A DNA stretch of 63,885 nt, counting the filler, from Chiloscyllium plagiosum (taxonomy: Eukaryota): assembly GCF_004010195.1 (NCBI RefSeq). It is 4 parts of one record of this genome, joined end to end, with 100 filler letters (N's around TTAATTAATTAA, not from the genome) between each part and the next. Parts side by side here need not be neighbours in the genome. Positions count along the whole stretch, not along the records: positions 1 to 15,890 come from NC_057717.1; 3 more parts are not named here. One strand, 5' to 3'. Both the position numbers and the translations under genes were made by a program. The notes under the pieces were generated by a model. That model was not told the DNA's origin, searched no databases, and worked only from the letters and a program-made list of their open reading frames with translations. Positions 1-12,480 of the stretch are shown one piece after another (the first letter of the stretch is position 1; the number at the start of each line of letters is the position of its first letter).

Positions 1-466
1 TGAAATCTGAAAGCGAATGCTATGCTAAATTTAAAACTTTTCCAAACGTTGCAAACACTTTGCTGAATTCTGCAGTCGAAGAGAAAGCGTGTCTTTGCTG
101 AACTTTTTAAACATTCAACCTGGCCTGGCGAGCAGTCGAATTCAGCAGAAAAAGCAAAGGAAAACAAAAAGACAGTTATGTCCACGGCAAGGGGATGAGA
201 AAATAAGAACTCGAATGTTTCCCAGCCCTTGTCCTTGAGCGTGTGCTAAGAAGAGCAGAAAAGGAATACGTTAATTATGTTCAGGGCCCTTACACAAGGC
301 GTTTTCGCCAAGTGTATTGGCCCACTGCAGTGCGTAAAAATAAAGCTTTTTCTTTGCTCTTGCTAGCATCTGAGTCCAGTCAGTCTAATTTCCACAACAG
401 TCAGTGATCCACCTTACTGATATTCTATGGACCAGTCTCTCACACAGTGGGGACTGTCATCATTTC
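1..466 (-). pseudogene. G1 exon 6 (end of cysteine-rich domain and start of 7TM), partial
   Basis: Translates as DDSPHCVRDWS and, at ~283-302, TPCVRALNIINVFLF (cf. TP.V(K/R)A/S motif before TM2). Confidence 0.5.
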
Positions 467-866
467 CTGCTGTTCTTGGCATAGTCTATTTTTTTAAAAT
501 CCACCTTCTCCATGATACTAATCTATTGGCCGAATGGATTTTGTTTAGCTGTCAGTAACCTCGCTCTGTGATATTTTTGGGAATAAGTGATCTGGGCTGA
601 CAGTCAGTATCAGCACACTGCTCACAGTGTATGACACCCAAAGAGCTTGCAGACCGGAGGTATTTCTAAATAAAACTTCTAACTTCTGTCTGTCCATATC
701 TATCCACCATCATGCTGTCGTCTGATGTATCTAACTTCACTCTCATCTAACACCTCTTCATCTCCCTCTCAGTTAGTCGCTCCCCTTTCTATTCTCTCTC
801 AGTTTATCTCTCTTCACTTTCTTTCTCTCTGTTTATTTCTCTCTCACGCAATCTATCTCGACTTAC

Positions 867-1016
867 TGTCTCTCGCTCCAATTGTGCGGTTGATGAGCTT
901 GTGACCCCACGATGGACTGACTGATTCCCATTTGTGCTATAATAATTTTGCGGTTCTCTGACACACAATAAGTACTTTCGGTGTCTGGACAGACACGCTG
1001 GTCCGGTAACAGGTAC
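867..1016 (-). pseudogene. G1 exon 5 (cysteine-rich domain) relic
   Basis: VPVTGPACLSRHRK resembles VP.SVCS..C..GH(R/Q); ends RET followed by a consensus gtaagt donor at 861-866. Confidence 0.5.
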
Positions 1017-1239
1017 AGTGCACAAATACCATTATCTCTTCATGTTCTTCTCTGATGTGCAGCTGCCTTGACTTGTCTATTCAAACAAAACAGACTGAAT
1101 GAAATTCTAGTCGTCAGGATGACTTTCATCGCCATGTATTTTAATCAGGATTGAATGAAGGATGAGGTTCCACAATAACTTAACAATTATATAAAAACAG
1201 GACAACACAATGAATAGCAGTTGAGTACAAGATGTCGTT

Positions 1240-3480
1240 CCAAATAGTCCCCATGGTATTACCGCGAGATTATCAATCCAGAAAATCTAGCTCATGTTCT
1301 GCTGACCGAGGTTCGAATCCCGCCACTGCAGATGTTTGAAAATCAATTAAATAATTTAAAAATATCCCTGGAATTAAGAATCGTACATATGAGAATGAAA
1401 TCGTTGCCAATTGTCAGAAAAATCCATCTGGTTCACTAATATCCTTCAATGAAGGAATCTTCCATTCCTCATCTGGACTGGCTGACTGTTGACCCTAGAC
1501 CCAAAGCAATGTGATTGACTCTCAATCACCCTCTGAAATTGTCAGTCAGCGAGTCAGTCAGAAGTGCTACAGAATTTCAAAGAAATGAAACCGGATGTAT
1601 TGATGTGGGCACCGGAAAAGTGAATGTTAGAAACACCATTGTCGAACCTGCAAATTCCTCCTTATTAACAATGAGTGCTCATGCCAAAATTGGGACAACT
1701 GTTTTACAGACTAGTCAAGCAACAGCCTGACATTGGCATTCTCACGGAATTTTACCTTACAGATATAACACAGACAGCGCCATCACCATCCCTGGATATG
1801 TCCTGTCCCAAAAGCAGGACGGATCCAGCAGAGGAGGCAGATCAGTGCGAGAGAGTCGGGCGGTCGATGCTCTGGGAGTCCCTGTGACCTGTAACCTCAT
1901 TTACCCAGCATATCACCCACTCAACCATTACCATCAAGCAAGAGGATTAAACCTGGTTCAAAAGAGAGTGCAGGAGGGCAAGCCAGGAGCAGACCCAGAC
2001 ATACATAAAGATAAAATGTTAATCTGCTGAAGCTTCCAAACAGAACTATTTGCATGCCAAATTGCATTCCAGAACTTCCCGCTCCCTTAGCCGAGCTGTT
2101 CTAGTATGGTTACAAACCAACAATGGGGGGGGGAAAAAACTGCTCAAGTGTGTTCTGTACATAAAAAGCAGGACAAAGTCAACCCGGCCAAATACCACCT
2201 CATCAGTCTACTCCCCATTGTCAGTAAAGTGATGGAAGGGGAAATCAACAGTGCTATCAAGCCAGCACCTCCTTAGCAATACCTGCTCAGTGACACCAAG
2301 TTTGGGTGACACCAGGGCCACTCAACTCCTGACCTCATTACAGCCTTGGTTCAGACATAGAAGAAAAAGCTGAATTCCCGCCCTTGACATCAAGGCTACA
2401 TTCTTTCAAACGTGGCTTCACGAAACCCGAGCAAAAACGGTATTGCGGGAAAATACTCCATTATTGGAGTCATACCTGACAGATCGGAAGTTGGTAATTT
2501 TTGTTGGAAGTCAGTCATCTCAGCTCCAGAACATCTCTGCAGTGGTCCCTCAAGATAACATGGATGGAGGTTTCATTATGACATATTTCATCATCACACA
2601 AGACAACACCTTGAGTGACTCTCCGGATGAATCCTAGATCAAAGCATCTTCAGCTGCTTCATCAATGACATTCCTTCCATCATAATGTCAGACGTGGGGA
2701 TATTCGACAATGACTGCACAATGTTCAGCACCATTCACAAATGCTCAGATACGGAAGCAGTCCATGACAAAATGCAACAAGATCTGTCCCTCTCCATGCT
2801 TGGGCTGACAAGTTGCAAGAAATATTTGCACCACACAGATGTCAGACAATGACCACCACCAATAAGAAACAATATAACAACTTAGTATTTGCAGCATTAT
2901 CATCACTCAGTTCCCCACTATCAATATCCTGGGGGTTATAATTGATTAGAAACTCAACTCGACTCACCAAATGAGATGGAATTCGCCCACTTGCTTGAAT
3001 GAGTGCAAACCCAACAAGACTAAAGAAGCTTGACAACATCCAGGACAACACAGTCCATTTGATTGGATTCACATCCACAAGCATTCACTCCCTTCACCAC
3101 CGTCGCTCAGTAAGCAGAAGTGTGCACTATCTACAAGACGCAATGCAGAAATTCCCCAAAAATCCTCAGACAGCATCTTCCAATCCAACGAACACGTATA
3201 TCTAGAATGACAAGGCCTGCATAGTTATGGGAATGCCACCACCTATAAATTCCCTTCCAAACCAATCATCATCGTGATGTGGAAATATATCGCCGTTCCT
3301 TCACTGTTACTGGTAAAAACCCTGGAATTCCCTCCTTCATAGCATTGTGGGTCAACACACCGCAGGTGGACTACGGCGGTTTAAGAAGGCAGCTCAGCAC
3401 CACTTTCTCAAGGGGGCAATGAGGGGCGGACAAGAAATGGTGGACCGATCCAGCGATGCCCGCATCCAAAAAAATATTTT
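1240..3480 (+). mobile_element. Decayed non-LTR retrotransposon (CR1/L2-group, not canonical CR1) with tRNA-like head
   Basis: 5' head contains a B-box-like GGTTCGAATCCC. RT remnants include QFG..QGHS.PDL.TAL, LDIKA.F, VPQ and FDND-like YADD. The 3' end ...CACTTTCTCAAGGG...A-rich tail recurs elsewhere in the window. Confidence 0.75.
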
Positions 3481-3611
3481 TTAAAAAAATAGTTCCAAGA
3501 TGAGCTTCTCGATGGGGCAGGTTATCTGATTTGAGCATGAACAGGAAAGCAGTGTTTCTTATACAGAACATTGTAGACGTTTCTGTTATGAGGGGGTGTT
3601 CAGTGTTCGAT

Positions 3612-3870
3612 GACTTATTGTTGCTGTGTGCTGTGATAAATTGCATCTGTTTTGTTAAATTCAACAATACTGGAGTAACAGGATCGATCCTTCGAAAATA
3701 CCAGTCTGAAAATGGCAATCATTTGAGAGACAGTGTCCTCCCGCCAGATGAAACTCACAGATAGCTGTGTATATTCAACGTTTAATAGACTACTGGCCGA
3801 CACTGAATCCTCCCATCGTCCATATCACAGCGGTTACCATTGAACAGAACGTGAAGTCAAATCAACATAC
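3612..3870 (-). pseudogene. G1 exon 4 relic
   Basis: FDFTF..V.W..G, EYTQLSVSFIW and LLNLTKQMQFITAHSNN resemble VNFTL/YD...W.W/L.IN..KIQW.T.NN of T1R exon 4. Confidence 0.5.
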
Positions 3871-3899
3871 AAATACAAGGGTTACAAGAGTTGCTCAGA

Positions 3900-4950
3900 G
3901 ACTTACAATTCTGCACTGAATAATAGACCAAATGAGCATGCGATATTGCTATAGATTGAGGTCATTCAGCCCATTCCTCTCTGTGAAACTGTGCCATTTT
4001 GTCATAGTCTCTATAACTACTAGACATATTTTCTACACACTGACTGTCTCAATCTTTGCAGTAATCAATCAGTTTCTATCAGATGCCTCGCTCCCATTCT
4101 TCTAAATTCCATCGAGTACACAAACCGCCGCTAATGACAAGCCACCATCCCCAGGATGGATTAGCTCCAACACCTGCTGATCTTGCCCCAGGGATAGCGC
4201 CCAAAATAGCTCCCAACATTCCAAATGCTGTCTGACCATTGCCCATTACATTCTCCGCGGCATGTCTCCTCTCTTGTATTCTAGGTCCCTTGAAATGAAT
4301 GCTAACATTGCATTTGCTTTCCTAACTTCCAACTGAACCTGCACAATAACCATAACAGGGGACGAGTGCTTCAAATTTCTTTTTGTGCTTCAGATTTAAT
4401 GGATCCCATTAGAACATAGTGTCTGCCTCTAGTCGGCCTACCAAAGTGCATAATCTCACACGATCCCATATTGCATTCCATCAACCACGTGTTTGCCCAC
4501 GATCCTAAACTGTCCAAGCTTTTATATTAGATTAGATTAGATTATATTATATTAGATTAGATTAGATTACTTACAGTGTGGAAACAGGCCCTTCGGCACA
4601 ACAAGTCCACACCGCACCGCAGAAGCGCAACCCACCCATACCCCTACATTTACCGCTTAGCTAACACTACGGGCAATTTAGCACGGTCAATTCATCTGAC
4701 CTGCACATCTTTGGACTGTGGGAGGAAACCGGAGCACCCGGACGAAACCCACGCAGACACAAGGAGAACGTGCAATCTCCACACAATCAGTCACTTGAGG
4801 CGGGAAATGAACCCGGGTCTCTAGCGCTGTGGGGCAGCAGTGCTAACCACTGTGGCACCATTCTGCAGCCTCCTCACTTCATGAATATCGCCTGCCATCC
4901 AACCATCATTGTATCATCTCCAGATATGCAAAAATGCCCTCAGGTCCTTT
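3900..4950 (-). mobile_element. Old CR1 LINE 3' fragment interrupted by an HE1 SINE
   Basis: Reverse-complement CR1 ORF2 C-terminal sequence (aatgctaacattgcatttgc, ccaaagtgcataatctcaca). Confidence 0.6.
4525..4861 (-). mobile_element. HE1-type tRNA-derived V-SINE
   Basis: Head ...CACAGTGGTTAGCACTGCTGCC...GGGTTCA..CCCG, V-domain GGGTTTC.TCCGGGTGCTCCGGTTTCCTCCCACAGTCCAAAGATG, and (TCTAA)n tail. Confidence 0.92.
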
Positions 4951-5309
4951 GTTCTGGTGGTTCATCTGAATGGCACTTCCTGACTCCCTAAGAACTGTCC
5001 CCCATTGAAAAGGCACAGCACTCAAGGTGGTTGACTCCATTCAGGTTCAAGCAGTGAGTTGACTGGAATTATACCTGTAACATCTTCACTCCCTGCACCA
5101 CTGACACCCAGTAGGAGCACACCCTGCCCCCGAATTGTTGTGAATTACCCCCTTATGGTGACAAAGGGCTTGATGGCGCACAATCCCAATCTAATGATGT
5201 CACTCTGTCTCAATACTAACTGTGTGCTGCTCACAACAACCAATGTCACTGTGTGTTGATGATGACGGAGGGAGGTGGTGGAGGAAATGTCTATGATGAT
5301 TGACTGTCA

Positions 5310-6665
5310 GCATGAAAACTGCCCTGACAGCCTCGGATGTACCTGTGCCCGCTGTCACCACTGCAGACATGATCAGTCTTCCTGCAGGTCTAGTCAAGGA
5401 AAGCGACAGGCCTGGAGAGTGTTCCCGGCCTAGCACTCAGATCCTGTGAGGACCAATTGGCAGAGGTATTTACAAACATCTTCGACCTCTCCCTCCTGAA
5501 GCCGAAATCCCAACCTGCTTCAAGAAGACCACCATCATCCTTGTAAGTGAAAAAGCACATGCAACTTTCCTTAATGACTCCCGCCCAGTGGCTCTGTCCT
5601 CAATAAACACGAAGTGCTTTTAGACGCTGGTTGTGGCCCACATCACCTCCAGTCTTCCAGCCTGACCAGCTGTCCTATAATGTGCGGAATGATGTAACGG
5701 GTCCACAACGGATGCCATATACCTGCCCTGCCCTCATCCCTCGGACATCTGGACAACAAGGATGCCTACACCAGACTCCTGGTCATTGAGTACAGCTGCA
5801 CCTTCAACATCATTGTCCCCTCCAGGCTGATCTCAATACTCCGTGACCTTGATCACGGCTCCACCCTCTGCAACAGGATCCCCGGTTTCAGACACACAGG
5901 CGACAATCTGTGAAGAAAAGTATCTGAACATTCTCCACGATAAAACCCAACACTGGAACTCCTGGAGGATGTGTTCTGTGCCCCCTATTGTACTCCCCGT
6001 GCACCCACAGCAGTGTCCTCAGCCACCTACTGTACTCCCTGTACTCCCATGGTTGTGTCCTCAGCCCCCTACTGTACACCTGTACTCCCATGGCTGTGTT
6101 CTCTGCCCCCTATTGTACGCCCTATACACACGCGGTTGTGTTGTCAAATCCGAACAACGCGAGCTACAAGTTCGCTGATGACATCACCAAATCAGGAGGG
6201 ATATCAAACAACGATGAGTCAGAATACAGAAAGGAGATCGAGGGCTTAGTGGCATGGTGTAATGATAATAACCTCTCTCTCAAATTCGGCAATAGTAAGG
6301 AACCGATCATTGAGTTCAGAAAGAAAGGAGAGGAACACGCCGTCATCTACATCAATGGTTGAAGGAGTGCAGAGCATCAACTCCCTCCGAGTGACAATAA
6401 CTGACAAACTACCCTGGTTTTCTCGCATATGTGTGACAGTCAAGAAAGTTTAACAACGCCTCTTCTTTCTCAGGAGGCTCAGGAAATTCTGCATGTACTA
6501 CTTCGACAGATACACCATTGAAAGCATACTGTCTGGGTGCGTTACGGCTTCATACGGCAATGCTCTGCCCAGGACCATAAGAAACTACAATAGGTTGGGT
6601 GCACAGCCAATCTCCCAACCATTGATTCTATATACATGGTTCGTTGCCGCAGAAAGGCTGCCAAC
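5310..6665 (+). mobile_element. Rex1/Babar-type LINE RT fragment
   Basis: DQLAEVFT.IF.LSL, PTCFKKTTII, GCVLSPLLYSLY, YKFADD and QRLFFLRRLRKF. Confidence 0.85.
5967..6133 (+). repeat. Four tandem ~42-bp units of the RT motif GCVLSPLLYSLYTH
   Basis: Units start at 5967, 6009, 6051 and 6092 (ggttgtgtcctcagccccctactgtactccctgtactcccat-like). Confidence 0.85.
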
Positions 6666-6667
6666 TC

Positions 6668-8350
6668 TAGAACATTGAACATCGAACATAGAACAGTACA
6701 GCACAGAACAGGCCCTTCAGACCACGATTTTGCGCAGACAATTGATCCTCATGTACGCACCGTCAAATGTCTGTGACCATATGCATGTTAGCAATCTCTT
6801 AAATGTCCCCAATAACCTTGCTTCCACAGCTTCTGCTGGCAACGCGTTCCATGCTCTCACAACTCTCTGTGTAAGGAACCCGCCTCTGACATCCCCTCTA
6901 TACTTTCCTCCAACCAGCTTAAAACTATGAACCTTCGTGTTAGCCATTTATGCCCTGGGCAATAGTCTCTGGCTATCGACTCTATCTATGCCTCTCATTG
7001 TCTTATATACCTCAATTAGGTCCCCTCTCCTCCTCCTTTTGAACAATGAAAAACGTCCGAGCTCAGTCAACCTCTCTTCATAAGATAATCCCTCCAGTCC
7101 AGGCAGCATCCTGGTAAACCTCCTCTGAACCCTCTCCAAAGCATCTACATCTTACCCATAATAGGGCGACCAGAACTGGACGCAGTATTCCAAGTGCGGT
7201 CTAACCAAAGTTGTATAGAACTGCAACAAGATCTCACGACTCTTAAACGCAATCCCCCTGTTAATGAAAGCCTTGACACCATATGCATTTTGAACAACCC
7301 TGTCCACTTGGGTGGCCATTTTAGGGTATCTATGTACCTGCACACCAAGATCCCTCTGTTCCTCCATACTGCCAAGAATCCTATCCTTAATCCTGTAAAT
7401 CATTTTTCAAAATCGATCTTCCAAAATGCATCACCTCGCATTTATCCAGGTTGAACTCCACCTGCCACCTCTCAGCCCATCTCTGCATCCTGTCAATGTC
7501 CCGCTGCAGCCCACAACAGCCCTCTGTACTGTCAATGACACCTCCAACCTTTGTGTCGTCTGAAAAATTACTGACCCATCCTTCATTAATAAAAATTACA
7601 AAAAGTAGAGCCCAAAGAGAGAGGGCATTCACCACTGATTTCCAGGCAGAATATTTCCCTTCTACTACCACTTGCTGTCTTCTGCTGGCCAGCCAAATCT
7701 GTATCCAGACAGCTATGTTCCCCTGAATCCCATTCCTCCTGACCTTCTGAATGAATCTACCATGGGGAGCCTTATCAAATGCCTTGCTGAAGTCCATATA
7801 CACACATCCAGAGATCGACCCTCATCAACTTTTCTAGTCACATCCTCAAAGAACTCGATAAGGTTTGTGAGGCAGTGACCTGCCCCTCACAAAGCCGTGT
7901 TGACTGCATTTGATCAAGCCATGCACTTCCAGATGGTCATAAATCCTATCCCTCAGAATCCTTTCTAACACCTTGCAGAAGACAGACGTGAGACTTACTG
8001 GTGTGTAATTGCCTGGGACTTCCCTATTTCCTTTCTTGAAGAGAGGAATTACATTTGCCTCTCTCCAGTCCTCAGGTACGACTCCAGTGGAGAGCAAGGA
8101 TGCAAAGATCTTCGCAAGTAGCGAAGCAATGGCATTTCTCGTTTCCCAAAGCAGCCGAGAACAACTCTGGTCCAGACCTGGTGACTTGTCAATCTTAATG
8201 TTTGACAAACTTTTCAGCACATCAGCTTCCTCTATCTCTATCCATTCCAGCATGCACACCTGCTCTTCAATGGTTTCAATCACTACAAAGATCGTTTCTT
8301 TCGTAATGACAGAAGTAAAAAACTCATTTAGAGCTTCCTCTCTCCCTTCA
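6668..8350 (-). mobile_element. CR1 LINE, 3' ~1.7 kb of ORF2 with tail
   Basis: VPEDWREANVIPLFKKG, YMDFSKAFDK, FSDDTK, LVRPHLEYCVQFWSP, RGDLIEVYK; tail is the reverse complement of (tagaaca)n. Confidence 0.95.
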
Positions 8351-8354
8351 CTCA

Positions 8355-8697
8355 GTAATCTGGGATAGCAGTGGAGCTTCTCGTCAAAAGGAAGAAGGTA
8401 GTTTACATAAGGTGGAGGAAGCTAGGGTCAAGCTCAGCTCTGGAGGATTACAGGCAGGCGAGGAACGAGCTCAAAAATGGTCTTAGGAGAGCCAGGAGGG
8501 GGCAAGAGAAAGGCCTGGCAGAACGGATTAGGGAGAACACAAAGGCATTTTATACTCAGGTGAGGAATAAGAAATTGGTCAATGAAAGAGTAGGGCCGAT
8601 CAGGGATACCATAGGGAACTTGTGTGTGGAGTCAGAGGAGGGAGGGGAAGCTCTAAATGAGTGTTTTACTTCTGTAATTACGAAAGAAACGATCTTT
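8355..8697 (+). mobile_element. Inverted 5' segment of the same CR1
   Basis: IRENTKAFY, ERVGPIRD and LNECFTSV; the last ~65 bp are an inverted repeat of 8287-8350. Confidence 0.85.
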
Positions 8698-8754
8698 CTG
8701 TACATCCTTGCTTACTATGATCTGCCTGGACATCTTGTTACGTGTCAAAATAAA

Positions 8755-9100
8755 TCCTCACCTCTCTCCTCCCAGCTCCCTCCAGTGCACACTCCCAGCT
8801 CTCTCTCGTCCTCACCCCTAGCTTCACCCATCCCCCCAGCTCCCTGTGACTCCATCCCCAGCTCCCATTGTCCTTTGTCTCTTACTGCGTCTCTCACACT
8901 GTCTGTTTCCCTCTGTTCTCCTTTTCCCTGCCTTCTGTTTCTTTCCCTGAACCTACTATCTTCCCTGCTCCCTCTCCACGTGACGGTTTGTTTCGTTGTT
9001 TTGTTTCCTTTCTCTCTTCGACTGACTGTTTGTCCATCTGTTTCCCTCGCTGTGTTCTCTCTCTCCTTCCCTTCGTGTTTTTCTCTTTCTCCCTCGTTGT
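8755..9100 (+). repeat. CT-rich low-complexity tract
   Basis: Pyrimidine-rich decayed microsatellite. Confidence 0.8.
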
Positions 9101-9299
9101 GATGGTGATGGCTTCTCTATACATTTGAAGCAGGTGATGGCTCATTGGTTCGATGTTAGCAATACAATTAACTCAACTGGGTTTTGGTATCGAAGACATA
9201 TTTTAAAATTATTGGTTAAATTTCAATTGTTCCCAAAACGGCAAAAACATGGGTATCCATTTAACAGCCAATTATTACATCTAACTATTTTGGAACAAC

Positions 9300-9820
9300 C
9301 CGTCTCCCAATGTTCCGTACACTGGCAACTGAAAACATTCTATTCACATGCATAATGGTCTGACATGGTAACTGATCTGCCCAGGACCAGAAGAAACCAC
9401 AGACGGTTATATGCACAGCCCAGCCCATCACGGAAGACCACCTTACGTCATTTATACTTGTCTTTGTCGCAGAAAAGCTGGCAACATCAAAGATCTCTCC
9501 CAAACCAGTTATGATCTCCTACAACCTCTTTCAACAGGGAGGAGACACAGAGGCTTGAAAACATGGACCAGCATGCTCAGGAATACTTCCTTCCCTACCA
9601 TAATTAGACTGACGAATTGACATCTCTACCTTTTCAAATAATATTAATCTTGCTAATGTCGATTTTGCTTTGCTCACCTCCTGTGAAGCTGTATGCCTCA
9701 CTCTGTGGCAGTACCCCACGATCTCTGTTTTCTTGTTTACTATCATGTGCCTGCACTACTCGCAAAGCAAACCTTTCCATTGTCCATTTGACTAAAATAA
9801 ATCAAATCCAATCAGATCAA
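9300..9820 (+). mobile_element. Rex1/Babar LINE 3' fragment
   Basis: ENILFTCI..W.GN.S.QD.KK, CRRKAGNIKD..H and FPTIIRL resemble the Rex1 C-terminus and the 6500-6660 segment. Confidence 0.7.
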
Positions 9821-10514
9821 TCACGTGGCCTGCAGTGGCTCAAGGTCTTCTCAAGGGCAACTGTGAAAATGAACTAATGCTGCCCCAGTCAGAGATTCCC
9901 ATATCCCGTTAACAAATATAAGAAGATGACCACACTCAGGGAATACTGACAGGGGGAATCAAATCGCTTAAAACATGATCTTAGACAAATACAGGTTTCT
10001 CTCGCTATCTGAAAGAAACCGTTCGCTCGCTGATAAGGTGTAAAGTGCAGTAGCACTAATGTATATGGGAAAAGCTTCACCTTTCTTCGTAAAAGTGAAA
10101 ATCCTCTTTGGATTTCTTTTGGTTAGCGAAACAAGGCCCTAATGTAGGTCATTCGGGAAGGGAAGTTGCGAAAAGCGAACTTTTGAAAAGCGGGGAATAC
10201 CTGCATGTACATGGGCATGATATTCAGGAAGATGGGAATGGAGAAAAATAAATGAGGTGAATCACACATTTTATTTCCAGACCAGCTAATCATCATTCTC
10301 TTTGTTTCCTCTTTTTCTTCTATATCCCTCTTTCCCTATTGATTCGTCCTTCCCTTCAAAGCAGACTTCCCTGTCAATGATATTAATCACACTCTTTTCC
10401 AGCTGCTGTCAGTTCAGGAAAGTTTCCCAGCACTTTCTCTTCGTTTCTTTGTATTTCTTTCTATAATTTCAGATTTTCAGCTACTTCTTTATTTGATTTA
10501 AACTTCAATTTTGT

Positions 10515-10900
10515 TATTTCGTGGGATGTTGGCATCTCGGCCACGGGCAGCATTTGGTGACCATCATAATTGCCCTGATTCTGAGGCCATTCCACAAGCC
10601 AATATAAAATAAAGCATATTGTCATGGGGCTGAAGTCTCACTTAACCCAGACCAGGTAATAACATTAGTTTTCTTTACCAAAGGTGATCACTGAAACAGG
10701 AAGGCTTTCAGACAAAATGTTGCTTTTATGGTTGTCTTTGTGAAATTCACTTTTATTCCAATTCTTATAAGTTTTATTAAAATTCTGTCATCAGCTGTCT
10801 TGGAATTGAAACAAATTATTTGAAACAATATCTTTCGTTTAATAAGCGTTGCTTCTGAATTACATCCAGCGACATTCCTACATTCATATATTCTCCTCAT
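10515..10900 (-). mobile_element. Short head+tail derivative (SINE-like) of the 1240-3480 LINE family, in G1 intron 2
   Basis: The reverse complement matches the head and 3' end of the 1240-3480 element; homologous copies at 17380-17740 and 41520-41960. Confidence 0.65.
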
Positions 10901-10941
10901 CATGAAGTAACTTCCGAGACAAGAACAATTTTATGCTTTAC

Positions 10942-11221
10942 ATATTTGCAATCGGAAAAGTGGTCAGAAGAGAGTTTGAAACATTAAGTCTGAATTTTAC
11001 CAGCGTGTAGGCAATGGATTGTTCAGCAACAGCACTGACGCAGAGATGGAGATTGGGGATATTAGGAGCTGGTAGTGGACAGGTTTGGTGACAGAGAGAA
11101 CAGAAGACATAAATCAATTCGGGCAAAAAGAGATCTCGAGGTTTTGCACAGTTTTGTTCTCAGATGTTTGTGAGCGAGTTGTCTGCCATTCATGGATAAT
11201 GAATGGAGACTGCAATTGAAA
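10942..11221 (-). pseudogene. G1 exon 2 relic
   Basis: Acceptor ttcag then x-F-N; RIDLC (cf. Y.IYD.C); VSAVAEQS...LLTTFPIA then a gt donor; ~280 nt, typical of this exon. Confidence 0.55.
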
Positions 11222-12203
11222 CTGAAGACAATAGTTTCTTTCTCTGACAAATATCGATAACAGAAATTGCAACCAAGTTCAAACTTGTTTGTGGTATAAA
11301 TGAATGGACAGAGGTAGAGAACACCAACAATAGCGAGAATAGGTTAGTAGCACACCCGCCACCTCGCCCAGAATAATCATCAGAACTGCTGATATCCGAT
11401 ATGGTAGAAATTCCTAATAGGGGGAAATCTGGAAAAGACTCAAGGAAAATCTCCTCTCCATTGTTGTAATATTCCAGTCCGCTATTCCCAGGTTCAGATC
11501 TGTCCTCTCTCTGTCTACGCAGCTGTTGTTCTTTGTTACTGTTGGAATTGATGCATTTACTACTCCAGTGGGATAGTGCACTGAATGAAGCCCTTCACCA
11601 ATAGGAGAGGGAAACCCTCCAGTGACACAGTTACGTTGCATGGAGACTGACATTAATCTTAGTCACTGAGCAAACAGTCTCAGCTTTCAATCCAGCACAT
11701 TCAGTTCACAATATGACTGGACTGGACTACATGTTGACATTGCTGGCTATTGGTCAAATCTCCCATCACCAATTGTTCTGGTGAAAGCAGTTGTGAGGGA
11801 GAATGATGGATGTTATCTTTTCATAGGCTAGATGATTCTGCTCTGTTGTCTGTTTACTATGCTGTAACCATCTCTCCCCAAATCCTTCCACCCCTACAAA
11901 AGAATCACAATCAGGATGTTGTTACTGTGCTGTTCTCTCATCCACGGGAACAAACGCCAGCCAACACAATGTCACTGGGCACAGTTGCCCTGAACATAGA
12001 CAGGAAGTGTGGACTTCTCTGAATGTTTCTCTCTCTGCTGTAATAAGGCAACTTTGTAACTTCCATAGGGAATATGCTTCAGTGATTTATTTATACAAAT
12101 TGACAAACTTCCAAATGCAGTTTTATTTGCTGTAAAACCGTATGTTTTACGCATTTTGGCCTCAGTCCAAAACCAAAAGTGATCATTACAATGAACTTAT
12201 TCA

Positions 12204-12480
12204 NNNNNNNNNNNNNNNNNNNNNNNNNNNNNNNNNNNNNNNNNNNNNNNNNNNNNNNNNNNNNNNNNNNNNNNNNNNNNNNNNNNNNNNNNNNNNNNNN
12301 NNNNNNNNNNNNNNNNNNNNNNNNNNNNNNNNNNNNNNNNNNNNNNNNNNNNNNNNNNNNNNNNNNNNNNNNNNNNNNNNNNNNNNNNNNNNNNNNNNNN
12401 NNNNNNNNNNNNNNNNNNNNNNNNNNNNNNNNNNNNNNNNNNNNNNNNNNNNNNNNNNNNNNNNNNNNNNNNNNNNNNNN
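12204..12480. other. Assembly gap
   Basis: Run of N. Confidence 1.

Larger units (their letters stand above)
1..11700 (-). pseudogene. G1: decayed six-exon class C GPCR (T1R/TAS1R-like) gene relic, 3' end running off the window
   Basis: Exon-like pieces lie in correct order on the minus strand. ex1 ~11490-11700 (IGEGLHSVHY ~ IIGGLFPVH). ex2 10942-11221 (ttcag|T-FN start, ends LLTTFPIA + gtaaag). ex3 pieces ~9890-10290 (ISW..FPIFLNIMP), ~9125-9300, ~5060-5260 (LLGVSGAGS ~ LLGC.SG.C). ex4 ~3612-3870 (LLNLTKQMQFITAHSNN). ex5 867-1016 (VPV...C..HRK, gtaagt donor). ex6 <1-466 (DSPHCVRDWS, TPCVRA). Many stops and frameshifts. Confidence 0.65.

Noticed and set aside
8371..9102. 243-aa ORF with a hydrophobic C-terminus
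   Set aside because: CR1 fragment fused to a CT-rich low-complexity tract.
11810..11870. DDSALLSVYYA resembling the immunoglobulin V motif EDSAVYYC
   Set aside because: No cysteine, no upstream C/W framework and no recombination signal sequence; treated as chance.
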